A DNA stretch of 64,000 bases, taken from NCBI GenBank assembly GCA_964472625.1, contig CAYYLM010000002.1:9366-73365 (forward strand), written 5' to 3'. The translations under genes and the position numbers were made by a program. A model generated the notes under the pieces. It had not been told where the DNA came from, ran no database searches, and saw only the letters and a program-made list of their open reading frames with translations. Origin of the DNA: an uncultured Dehalococcoidales bacterium. Its GTDB lineage: Bacteria > Chloroflexota > Dehalococcoidia > Dehalococcoidales > UBA5760. Below are positions 19,112 through 28,111 of this stretch, piece by piece. Position 1 is the first letter of the stretch. Each line of letters begins with the position of its first letter.

Positions 19112-20374
19112 TTATCTCCTCTCATAGATATGCACGAGGCAGCTAGCTCCGTGGGCACCGACGTTGTGTGTCAGAGCGAGATTAAGCTCTCGGTTCTTAA
19201 TCTGTCTAGCTCCAGCTCCACCCCGCATCTGATGCCAAACCTCAACCGTCTGAGCAATGCCGCTGGCACCAACGGGGTGTCCCTTAGCCTTTAGTCCCCC
19301 GGATGGGTTGACCGGTTTCGGGCCCTGTAGGGCAGTTAGTCCCTGTTCTGCTGCCTTGGCCCCCTCTCCTGGCTCAAAAAGGCCCAGATCTTCAGTGGCT
19401 ATGATTTCGGCAATGGTAAAGCAGTCGTGTACCTCGGCCATCTGGATATCCTCAGGGTGGACTCCCGCCATCTCATAGGCCTGCCGTGCCGCCTCTTTGG
19501 CGCCAGCTAAGGTTGTCAAATCCCTTCGGCCACTCAACGAATAATCGCTTGCCTGCCCTGAGCCAACAACATAAATTGGCGTGTCGGTAAAACTCTTAGC
19601 TAAATGCTCTGCCACTAGAAGGACGCAAGCCGCGCCATCGGTTATCGGCGAGCAGTCAAACAATCTCAACGGCCAAGCGACGACAGGGTTAGCCTGGGGA
19701 TCTTTCAGAAAATCCATCTCGGTACGCCAATTGGGAACAGGTTGCCCCTTCTCCTTCATCTTGGCCAGTCGGTTGGTCATGATGTCGCTAATGGTGCAGT
19801 AAAACTGAGCTATAGGGTTAAGCGCTCCATTCTGGTGGTTCTTCATAGCAACCGCCATAAGCTGTTCTTCAGTAAGCCCATACTTGTGCCGGTAGGCGGT
19901 AGCCAACAAGGCATAAGCTCCCGGGAAAGTGATGCCAGTGCGTGCCTCATAGGGTGCATCTGCGAAAGCGGCTAGAACCTCGGTGACCTCAGAAGTCGGC
20001 AGGTTGGTCATCTTCTCTACACCACCAACGAGAACGACTTCGTATGTTCCGGAAGCAATGCCAATAATGCCTTCACGCAGCGCTAGGCCGCCGCTGGCGC
20101 AGGCGCTTTCAACCCTTATGGCTGGTCGGTTGACCAGACCAACCTGATCAGCGATAACTGGTGCCAAATGTGCCTGCCCTTCAAAGGACAGCGGAGCGGC
20201 ACTGCCCACATACAAAGCCTCGATATCCTGAGTCTCAATCCCTCGGTCTACCGAGCCCAGCATCGTAAGAAATGCTTCGGTAAAGAGCTCTCGCCCCAGC
20301 TTATCTGGAAAAGCCCCGAACTTGGAAGAGCCCACCCCTACTATGGCAGCCATTCTATTCATTTTGTGAGTCAT
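19112..20374 (-). CDS. Thiolase (SCP-x/archaeal-type acetyl-CoA acyltransferase family)
   Basis: VESACASG (Cys), AEVHDCFT, NPSGGLKAKGHPVGASG. Confidence 0.9.
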   Translation of the reverse strand: MTHKMNRMAAIVGVGSSKFGAFPDKLGRELFTEAFLTMLGSVDRGIETQDIEALYVGSAAPLSFEGQAHLAPVIADQVGLVNRPAIRVESACASGGLALREGIIGIASGTYEVVLVGGVEKMTNLPTSEVTEVLAAFADAPYEARTGITFPGAYALLATAYRHKYGLTEEQLMAVAMKNHQNGALNPIAQFYCTISDIMTNRLAKMKEKGQPVPNWRTEMDFLKDPQANPVVAWPLRLFDCSPITDGAACVLLVAEHLAKSFTDTPIYVVGSGQASDYSLSGRRDLTTLAGAKEAARQAYEMAGVHPEDIQMAEVHDCFTIAEIIATEDLGLFEPGEGAKAAEQGLTALQGPKPVNPSGGLKAKGHPVGASGIAQTVEVWHQMRGGAGARQIKNRELNLALTHNVGAHGASCLVHIYERR

Positions 20375-20557
20375 GCTTTCCTCTATTCCTTTTTAGTATT
20401 CTGTGCCATCATTGATAGTAGTGGCTTAACTGAGGCGAAGTGACCATCGTCAGTAACAATTGTCTGACCCATTATATAGCTTGACGCCTCTGAAGCCAAA
20501 AATATGGCGTTGCTGGTAATCTCCTCAGGTTACGCGCTGCGTCCTTCTGTTACCTTG

Positions 20558-21217
20558 TCAGCGGCTGAGCTGATATTTAACAGTATCCAAGAGCCAGTGG
20601 CTGTCTCTGGTGATAGTCCTGCTCTCTCTTAGACGTATTCTTCTGGTGAAAATAGGCCCATTAGTCACCAAGGTGTGGTACTCACCGTTCTCGCCACAGA
20701 TCTCAATGTTCTTCCTCTTAAGGTACTCTAAAAACGACTTATCTACTTGTCGACCTATCCAGTCTTCATCGATCAGCTCAGATTTAGCACTAACGATAAC
20801 CGCTTCAAACCCTTCATCGATGAAGCTAGATAATATCTGTTCTGTACTCCTGCCCCAGAGGGGCTCAATCGCCTTAATGCCTAGGTCACGGCAAGCCTTT
20901 TCCACCCAATCTTTGTGTTCCTCCAGGCATATATCACCAAAAACCATCCCCTTTACACCCTCGGGAATTAGACTTCTGACTGCGTCCTTGAAATCCTGCT
21001 CATACCCCTCCTGGGTAGTTTCTTTCTGCAAAAGAGGAATACCTATAGCCTGGCTTTGCAGTTGAATTAGCTTGGCTTCTGTGCCGTGAAAGCTTACTCT
21101 GCGGAATTCTTTAGAGATGAAGTTCACGAGGTGGGAGATGCTGTATCCCTGGCGCACTGCCTCATAATAGGCAAAACAACTATCCTTGCCACCACTCCAG
21201 GATGCTACATAACTCAT
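20558..21217 (-). CDS. Diphthine--ammonia ligase-like PP-loop ATPase (DUF71/Dph6 family)
   Basis: SWSGGKDSC, VFGDI, EPLWG, CGENGEYHT motifs. Confidence 0.85.
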   Translation of the reverse strand: MSYVASWSGGKDSCFAYYEAVRQGYSISHLVNFISKEFRRVSFHGTEAKLIQLQSQAIGIPLLQKETTQEGYEQDFKDAVRSLIPEGVKGMVFGDICLEEHKDWVEKACRDLGIKAIEPLWGRSTEQILSSFIDEGFEAVIVSAKSELIDEDWIGRQVDKSFLEYLKRKNIEICGENGEYHTLVTNGPIFTRRIRLRESRTITRDSHWLLDTVKYQLSR

Positions 21218-21315
21218 AAGCCCATTGCTCCGCTTAACTTGAGGTTAATTATAATGCATTCCGACATCAATGGGACGGTACGCTTTCAAGCACAGCTTGT
21301 GAACACGAAAGTCAG

Positions 21316-22641
21316 TTAATAATACATCTTGCCCATGTCAATACGCTCGCCAAGACTCCGCTTATAGGGAACAAAGTGAATCGCTTCTTCTGGGCAAACT
21401 AACAAGCACAGCCCGCAGGCGGCACAATTGTCCTGGTCAACATGAGCTACCTCGTGCTCCATATATATAGCCGGGCAAATACCATCGGCACAAATTCCAC
21501 AGCCGGTACACTTACTTACATCTACCTCAGATCCCAGTTTCAGCTTCCTTGCTTCGTTTACAGCTTGATTAATGGGTTTGATGTATTTCAAAGCAATACC
21601 TCGAAAGTCATCAATGGTTTTGTATCCGTGATCATCCATAAACTTAGAAAGGAAACTGGCAATCTTTCCGAGCTGGCGGGTACCACGGAACATAACACCA
21701 GACGCAGTTTGTCCAGCTATAGCCCCAAGCATTATAGATTCTACAAGGTGCTCCCCGGTGATTAGGCCACCTCCAGCCCAGATATCAATCTTCCCTGGGA
21801 AAAACATGGCAGTACAAGCTGTATAGAAATTACTAGGTATTCTAATTGGGTCGCTAGCACCGGCACAGGTTAGTTGGTTGGTTTCTACCTCCTTTAGAAT
21901 AGGCCATAAGGGCTTGCCCCCATTGTGGATGTCGATAGGTCCCACTGCTAATGGGTAATGAATACTCTGTACGAATTTTGCCCCAGCATTTATGGAAGCT
22001 TCAACTACTGCCATCACACCAGGAAAGCCCGCTTGGGGTGTCATTTTCAATCCAACCGGAATCTTCACCGCTTCCACCGTTGCTTTTACTATTGGTCCAA
22101 CCAGCGATGCTGAAGCCCCCAACATAACACCGTATTTTTCTTCCATTGTTAAGGCTTTTCCTGGCTTTTCCATAAGAGATAGGGGACAACCCCCGTTTAT
22201 CTCCAACATGTCAGCACCAGCCGATTCTAGCTGCTTGGCGAGGTCAGCGTAAACTTCGGGTCTACCTATAGGGTCAATCAAGCTGGCAACTATTGGTATC
22301 TCAGGAGGGATGGCTTTCTTTAATGCCTCTGTAAATCGCAGGTTCGTGCTAAGAGCCTGATTCACCTCTTCGGGACAGCAAAGATAATATCCATGACGTT
22401 TTCGTTCTCCATAACCCACGTACTGCCCAATCTTAAATTGTCTTATCGGCTGGGGCTCCTCGCCGGGCAGGGTAGATGGTGTGTATACAAAACCGGCTCC
22501 ATGATCTATACAACGCTTATGCCAGTCTACGATCTTCTCCATGGGTCCGGCAGGATACCACCAGTTTAACGGTGCTAAGGATGCGGCACCAATAGGTGAT
22601 CGCATTTTTATTCCGCCTACTGTCGTCGAAATATCAGCCAT
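21316..22641 (-). CDS. Dihydropyrimidine dehydrogenase PreA-like FMN protein with 2x[4Fe-4S] domain
   Basis: EINGGCP active loop, GLKMTP, GGL, C-terminal CTGCGICADGICP and CAACGLCLLVCP. Confidence 0.75.
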   Translation of the reverse strand: MADISTTVGGIKMRSPIGAASLAPLNWWYPAGPMEKIVDWHKRCIDHGAGFVYTPSTLPGEEPQPIRQFKIGQYVGYGERKRHGYYLCCPEEVNQALSTNLRFTEALKKAIPPEIPIVASLIDPIGRPEVYADLAKQLESAGADMLEINGGCPLSLMEKPGKALTMEEKYGVMLGASASLVGPIVKATVEAVKIPVGLKMTPQAGFPGVMAVVEASINAGAKFVQSIHYPLAVGPIDIHNGGKPLWPILKEVETNQLTCAGASDPIRIPSNFYTACTAMFFPGKIDIWAGGGLITGEHLVESIMLGAIAGQTASGVMFRGTRQLGKIASFLSKFMDDHGYKTIDDFRGIALKYIKPINQAVNEARKLKLGSEVDVSKCTGCGICADGICPAIYMEHEVAHVDQDNCAACGLCLLVCPEEAIHFVPYKRSLGERIDMGKMYY

Positions 22642-22713
22642 TTTTCTTTCCTCCTACCTCTAGTATATTTACTTCCGCCATTTCCAGTTAGTCTCTCTTA
22701 GCCTAACTCGAAG

Positions 22714-23154
22714 CTACTTATCTATCCACTTAGTGTAAACCTTGAAGCGGACTTTACCTAGACCGCCATATTCCAGTCCCTGATCCGCACAGTCTACCGC
22801 TTTAATAAAAAGTCCGTTAGGATCAAGCCCTTCAGCGACTCTGTCGAAAATCATGAATATAAAGGTCTGCATACGATCAAGAGCATTAATGCATAGGGGG
22901 AAGGTGGATTCCTCCACATTTATCAATTGACGGTCAACGACTAACTTGTCTCCCACCTTAGCCCGCACAGCACAATTTTTCACGTCAATAACCTCAAAAA
23001 TCGTCCTCAGCTTGGCTTGATCCTCACGATGTGCTATTAACTTTAGCCATCCTGGCGTCAGTTTTTCCAAATCTTTATCTTTGAAGCCAAAACGCCCTTC
23101 TATATACTTCCGTGTTGCTTCGTCGATCTTTTCCATTTTCTTACCGACCTCCAA
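22714..23154 (-). CDS. Conserved hypothetical protein (TIGR04076-like)
   Basis: KNC..RAKVGDK...LCINAL...DCADQG...GKVRFKV pattern; co-oriented with the PreA-like gene. Confidence 0.5.
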   Translation of the reverse strand: MEVGKKMEKIDEATRKYIEGRFGFKDKDLEKLTPGWLKLIAHREDQAKLRTIFEVIDVKNCAVRAKVGDKLVVDRQLINVEESTFPLCINALDRMQTFIFMIFDRVAEGLDPNGLFIKAVDCADQGLEYGGLGKVRFKVYTKWIDK

Positions 23155-23266
23155 ACAACGAAATATTAGCCTTCAGCAACGTAAGTCACATGTGAGGGAT
23201 ATAGACTGTGTCGTATGCTATAGGGTATTATACCATATATGAAGTAGGAACAAGGAGGTTAGTTAA

Positions 23267-23626
23267 ATGAAGAAATATCGTATTGTGCCTTTACCTATAG
23301 GCACACTGGAGGTTGATAAATCGTGCATGATGTATTTCACAGAACCAGGAGTGCCTATTACCCTTCCAACGATATCTTTTTTCATTGAAGGGGGGGAGAA
23401 AAATATTTTGGTGGATACGGGTGCGTCGGCGGAGGTAATGAAAAAACATTGGGCTGGAGCTGTTAGTGATGTCCAATCTTTTGAGGAAGCATTAGCAAAA
23501 CTGGGCCTAAAACCCGAAGACATAGATATTGTTATACAAACGCATTTGCATTTTGACCATGCTGGAAATACTAGAAGCTGGGACCCCATCAGGTCAGGTT
23601 TCAGGATCTTACGGATATCTTTATGA
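23267..23626 (+). pseudogene. 5' half of an N-acyl-homoserine-lactonase-like metallo-beta-lactamase
   Basis: ILVDTG and IQTHLHFDHAGN motifs, then unrelated sequence from about 23576; the distal His/Asp metal ligands are missing. Confidence 0.75.
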
Positions 23627-24932
23627 ATTCCTCATAACAGGAGCTTTCAGTAGCGTTTCTAGAGAGGCTGAAGACCTTGACATCAAATACAATTTCTTAG
23701 CATATTTAGCAAACTTCATGTTTGAAAATGACATTAGAGATGTTGGGGGGGAGACCTTGAGCGAAATAGCTTCGAACTTCAGCAGATATGCCAAGGTGAC
23801 GATAGCGCACGAGAACCTCAAACGGGAACTCATCATCTCTAAGGTGATGAAGATAAAAGACGGTGCGTATTGTTTTAATCATCCATATGTATATCACTAC
23901 TTTGTGGCACGATATTTGAGTACCATCATTAGAGATCCTGATGCAAGTGCTGAATTCGAGACCAAACTAAGCAATATTATCAACAATCTACAGGATGATG
24001 AGTCAGCGAATATTGTCGTTTTTCTCTGCTATCTAGTGCCAGGTGATGCTTCTCTCATTGATAAAATCATTAGGAAAGCTAGGGAACTCTTCACTAGCCA
24101 GAAAGAATTCAATTTTCCATCAGATGCAGAATTCTTTGACCGGTTTTCTTACAAGGAACCCGTCATAACTGTCTATGCTGTTGCCCCTGAAACAGCAAGG
24201 ACAATGTCAAGACGGGCTTTGGATGAACAACAACATGAAGATAAGCTAGAAAAGAGCCACTCACGAGAAATTGGGGTTAATGAGAAGGAAATCATTACAG
24301 AAATCAGACTTGCCAATAAAGTCATGCTTGTTCTTGGTCAGATTCTACGGTCCTTTCCTGGTTCTCCAGGCAAAAGAAAGCATCCCTTGGCAGAAGAGTG
24401 CTGCAAACTTGGAATGCGTTTGCTATCCGCATCAATGAAGGAACTTATACAGAAGTCGCCTGCAGTCAGAAAGCAATTCGTAGACTTCTTCAAGAAAGAA
24501 TTTCCCAAAGCCCGAGAGGGATATGCTATTGCTCATGCCAATAGTTTTGTTTTCATGTTGGGAGAAATGAGTTCACAAAATATCATCAAATCGGTAGCCA
24601 TGTCAATTGGCTCACCAAGATTAGCACCACTGTATGATGAAATGTTGCAAATAGACCAGTCAGTGACATTCCAATTGATAAACATATGTATTCGATTGAA
24701 TCACTTTAAAGCCATCCCAGAGCGAGAAATGGTGGCGACCTATAAAGCTGTCAAGGGAAGACACTTCTCCTCAACGCTATTGAAAATACTCGCTATTGAG
24801 TGTCTGCTTAGACACCCGCCTTCTATATCAAAGCAGCAAAGTATCTTTAAAAAACTAGGTATTGTTATTGATGATAAGCCATCATTATCTACCAGGCTTG
24901 CCAAAGCGAGGTTAGTTAAACGGGGTAGATAA
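23550..24932 (+). pseudogene. C-terminal part of a STAND-like NTPase (P-loop and effector missing)
   Basis: SYGYLYEFLIT helical region, YCFNHPYVYHYFVARYL winged-helix motif, long helical tail; no Walker A; AT-rich relative to flanks; no credible own start. Confidence 0.55.
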
Positions 24933-25050
24933 GTTCATCAGCGTGTAAATATAACCCCACCCTAATGAAGGCTCCAGTGCTAAAGTTAGTTTAGAACATC
25001 TCTCGGAATCAATGATGATTATCTCCATAAAACAACCAATTGTCCAAAGT

Positions 25051-25075
25051 TGACCTGCCCCCAAAAACTAGTCCA
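25051..25075 (+). mobile_element. Orphan IS3-family terminal inverted repeat remnant
   Basis: TGACCTGCCCCCAAAAACTAGTCCA resembles IS3/IS150-type ends (TG...CCCC-A-run...CCA); no transposase or partner IR seen. Confidence 0.4.
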
Positions 25076-25339
25076 GTTATAATGTTAGCCTAGTGACTAG
25101 AAAGGGGTATGAATGGTTAGAAGGGCCGAATCTGAATGCACATATTTGTTCAGAGGGGTCAATCATCAGCAAAAATGGGGCACAATGGGTAGATTTTGAA
25201 GACACATTAGATTATATTGTTCAATAAAATGCTGGCTATGTTGGCTTATCCTCTTGACTTAGGTTCAGGGTGTGACACAGTTCATTATCTAGAATTTAAT
25301 ATAACCTGGCTCGACTCCTGTATTACAGATCTACTAATG

Positions 25340-26293
25340 TCATTTATTTGGTGGAGGTATATAGACGTCTTTAACAGATGGGGGTCGTACTATTCTATAT
25401 GTTTTGCCATCGACTGATTTTATTATTAGTCCATCCTTGTCCTTAAGCTCTTTCTTTCTTTTCACAGGCTTTCTATCCGGAATAGTATCCAGAAGGTTAA
25501 CGGTTTCTCTAAGATGCTTTGGTAGTAAGCTTAAATAGGCCTCCGTTGTACCTATCCTTGAATGTCCTAACAGTTCCTGAACAGCTTTAATGTTTGCCCC
25601 TTTTTCCAATAGACGGGTGGCGTAACCATGCCGTAAGCTGTGAACGTGAATATTCACCCCGGCCTTCTTGGCTATTCTACTTATTTTGTCGCTTATGGCG
25701 ACGGGTTTAACGTTGAATATACTATCTCCCGAACTCATACTCTTAATATGCTTTTCTAATAATCTGACTATGCGAGATGGCAAAGGAACCGTTCTATCCT
25801 TTTGGCCCTTACCCTTTCTGACAATTAGAGCTTCTTCGGCTATAAGAATGTCGCTGACCTTAAGATTGGCAAGTTCCTCGTGCCTTAAGCCGGAGTTATA
25901 GGCAAGCTCGATAAGTAAAATGTCACGATCAATGTCCTGTTTATGAGTTCGTTTTTGCTTTACGGTATCGATCATCTTTTGTACGCTCTCATCTTCGACA
26001 TATTCGGGAAGCTGGTGCGGGAGTTTCACCTTCAGGTCGATGTCTTCCCCGTACCACTCAAGGAATCCCTTAATGATGCTCAGGTATTTATAGAGGGTGG
26101 CCGGTCTGCTTTTACTCCATTTACTTAGGAAGCTTTTGGCGTGCATGGCCGAGGGCTGATCGCCCCTGAGGAATTCTTGGAATTGGTCGAGTACCTGGCC
26201 GTAGCGGATGAGGTTTCTCTGATTACGGATGCGAAGGGCCAGTTCCGCTTGATAGAGGGTGAATAAATCTTCGTTTGTTTTAGTTCTCAGCAA
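25340..26293 (-). CDS. Tyrosine recombinase/integrase
   Basis: Catalytic set SGLRHEEL (R), GKGQKDR (K), HSLRH, LLGHS, TEAY intact. Start reassigned to TTG 26293, 6 nt after AGGAGG. Confidence 0.92.
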   Translation of the reverse strand: MLRTKTNEDLFTLYQAELALRIRNQRNLIRYGQVLDQFQEFLRGDQPSAMHAKSFLSKWSKSRPATLYKYLSIIKGFLEWYGEDIDLKVKLPHQLPEYVEDESVQKMIDTVKQKRTHKQDIDRDILLIELAYNSGLRHEELANLKVSDILIAEEALIVRKGKGQKDRTVPLPSRIVRLLEKHIKSMSSGDSIFNVKPVAISDKISRIAKKAGVNIHVHSLRHGYATRLLEKGANIKAVQELLGHSRIGTTEAYLSLLPKHLRETVNLLDTIPDRKPVKRKKELKDKDGLIIKSVDGKTYRIVRPPSVKDVYIPPPNK

Positions 26294-26384
26294 GAGTCGC
26301 CTCCTGCTTTTCCCGTCTAGGACAAATAGTAGCAGTTCTCCTAATGATGAATCAAGACTAGAACTGACGTCTTTTTGGTAAAAA

Positions 26385-26456
26385 AGCGGGTGAAGGGATT
26401 CGAACCCTCGACGTCTTGCTTGGGAAGCAAGCACTCTGCCACTGAGTTACACCCGC
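26385..26456 (-). tRNA. tRNA-Gly(CCC)
   Basis: GCGGGTG/CACCCGC acceptor, CTTGC-TTCCCAA-GCAAG anticodon arm, GTTCGAATC T-loop, U discriminator, CCA not encoded; TTGATT-17-TAGAAT promoter upstream. Confidence 0.95.
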
Positions 26457-26565
26457 ATCTGTGGCCTGTGCGTAGATTCTACTCCATAAATAATGGAAAA
26501 TCAACCTGTAGACTGCTTAACTTGAGAATATCCTAAGATACTAATAACCGCCTCAACTTCCTTAT

Positions 26566-27078
26566 TTAGGGAATGATAGGCCCATTTCTACGGGGGTAAG
26601 CTCCAGAATTATATACTACCGTTTCTGAAGCAATGTCTACAGCGATCTGCATTTGTCTTTCACTGCCAATAATAGTTAGTCCTGGGTAGAAATTAGCTTC
26701 ATTTGGCAACGGATTGGGAGCTCCCATCTTAAGTTCTTTGAGTCTTTCTTCATCATAATGGGACATACCACTGTCCCATAAGGCATACCAACTAATGTCT
26801 GACAAAGTGTATTGTTGACCTTTGAACCATTCAGATGCCTCTGCTACTTTCAAAGCTATCTCAATAACCTTTTCCTTTTCGCTATCTGTTAATTCCCACG
26901 GCAATTGTCCAGTAGGTTCCCAAGGTGTAGGGGTACTAAACTTCTCTACAGGTGGCTCTGGTACTTCTGTTACCATTGGCTCTTCTGGTGGTTGCTCAGT
27001 TGTACGGCAGCCGAATGCGATTAATAAACAGCCTAGCAGTAGCAAGTTTAACCAGCGAATGTTCATTACAGACCACAT
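26566..27078 (-). CDS. Hypothetical lipoprotein
   Basis: MWSVMNIRWLNLLLLGCLLIAFGC lipobox, Pro/Glu-rich linker; start chosen at ATG 27078 or 27066 rather than 27192. Confidence 0.6.
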   Translation of the reverse strand: MWSVMNIRWLNLLLLGCLLIAFGCRTTEQPPEEPMVTEVPEPPVEKFSTPTPWEPTGQLPWELTDSEKEKVIEIALKVAEASEWFKGQQYTLSDISWYALWDSGMSHYDEERLKELKMGAPNPLPNEANFYPGLTIIGSERQMQIAVDIASETVVYNSGAYPRRNGPIIP

Positions 27079-27313
27079 TTTATCACTTTGTTGCTTCCTG
27101 TCAATGAGAAGAGTCATCATAAATGGTGTTCCTAATATATAACTATCAATCTCGCCCAGAGTTACCAGTTTTGGTGAGCCTTTTTGAAACAAGCGGGCAG
27201 AGCGGTATTTCCATTTGACCTAAAATGTAGTTTTTGGTCATTGTCGCAGGAGACCAATCGGAGTAAAATAGGGAAGATAGGCTGCGAATACAAAGGAAAG
27301 GGAGGCTATTCAT

Positions 27314-28111
27314 ATGGAATGGGGAATGGCTAACCGTATGGCGCAATTAATTCAATCAGACGGGCATGCGCTTTTCTTGCCGGTAGACCACGGGTATTTC
27401 CAGGGTCCTACCAGAAGATTGGAAGAGCCGCGTAAAACTATTGAGCCGCTGCTACCCTATGCGGATGCTATTTTCATTACTAGGGGTGTGTTACGCTCGT
27501 CGGTGTCGCCTGATAATACCAAACCAATTATTCTTAGGGTGTCGGGGGGGACCAGCGTGGTGGGGAAGGACCTGGCCAACGAAGGGATTATCACTTCTAT
27601 GGAGGAGGTTATCCGCCTTAATGCTTCGGCGATAGGCATTTCTATCTTTGTGGGTAGCGATTATGAGAAAGAGTCTTTACTTAACCTGTCAAAGCTCGTC
27701 GACGAGGGAGAGAGGTACGGCATACCGGTGATGGCGGTGACTGCGGTGGGTAAGGAGCTTGAGAAGAGGGACGCGCGCTACCTAGCCCTAGCCTGTCGTA
27801 TCGCCGCTGAGTTGGGGGCGCGGGTGGTGAAAACCTACTGGTGTCCCGGCTTTGACAGGGTGGTTCGCGGTTGTCCGGTTCCCGTGGTTATGGCTGGTGG
27901 CCCCCAGGTTGATACTGAACTTGAGGTGTTTCAATTTGTCGATGATGGTATGCAGAAGGGTGCTATCGGGGTGAATCTGGGCCGGAACATCTGGCAGAGT
28001 GACTATCCGGTGGCCATGATTAAGGCGATTAGGGCTATTATTCATGATGGAGCTAGCGCAGAACAAGCTCAAGAGGTGTTCAGTGCGGAAAAAGAGGCGA
28101 AAAGCCGGTGA
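27314..28111 (+). CDS. lsrF: LsrF-like thiolase/class I aldolase (DhnA family)
   Basis: PVDHGYFQGP, ILRVSGG, LGARVVKTY (Schiff-base Lys), MAGGP, GRNIWQ. Confidence 0.8.
   Translation: MEWGMANRMAQLIQSDGHALFLPVDHGYFQGPTRRLEEPRKTIEPLLPYADAIFITRGVLRSSVSPDNTKPIILRVSGGTSVVGKDLANEGIITSMEEVIRLNASAIGISIFVGSDYEKESLLNLSKLVDEGERYGIPVMAVTAVGKELEKRDARYLALACRIAAELGARVVKTYWCPGFDRVVRGCPVPVVMAGGPQVDTELEVFQFVDDGMQKGAIGVNLGRNIWQSDYPVAMIKAIRAIIHDGASAEQAQEVFSAEKEAKSR

Larger units (their letters stand above)
23576..26385. mobile_element. Truncated integrative element (genomic island remnant) at the tRNA-Gly 3' end
   Basis: Tyrosine integrase directly 3' of tRNA-Gly, AT-rich cargo, IS-end remnant; no distal att repeat found. 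Confidence 0.65.

Noticed and set aside
23529-24932. 467-aa ORF as a complete gene
   Set aside because: Its predicted start lies inside the lactonase HxHxDH coding region and it lacks a P-loop; treated as a fragment.
25217-25417. 66-aa ORF downstream of the integrase
   Set aside because: No recognisable motif or RBS, and it overlaps the integrase end; unsupported.
26294-26434. Integrase ORF reading through the tRNA-Gly 3' half, suggesting an SSV1-type split integrase
   Set aside because: A perfect AGGAGG lies 6 nt before an in-frame TTG at 26293, giving a normal start outside the tRNA. The open frame upstream is best explained by chance.
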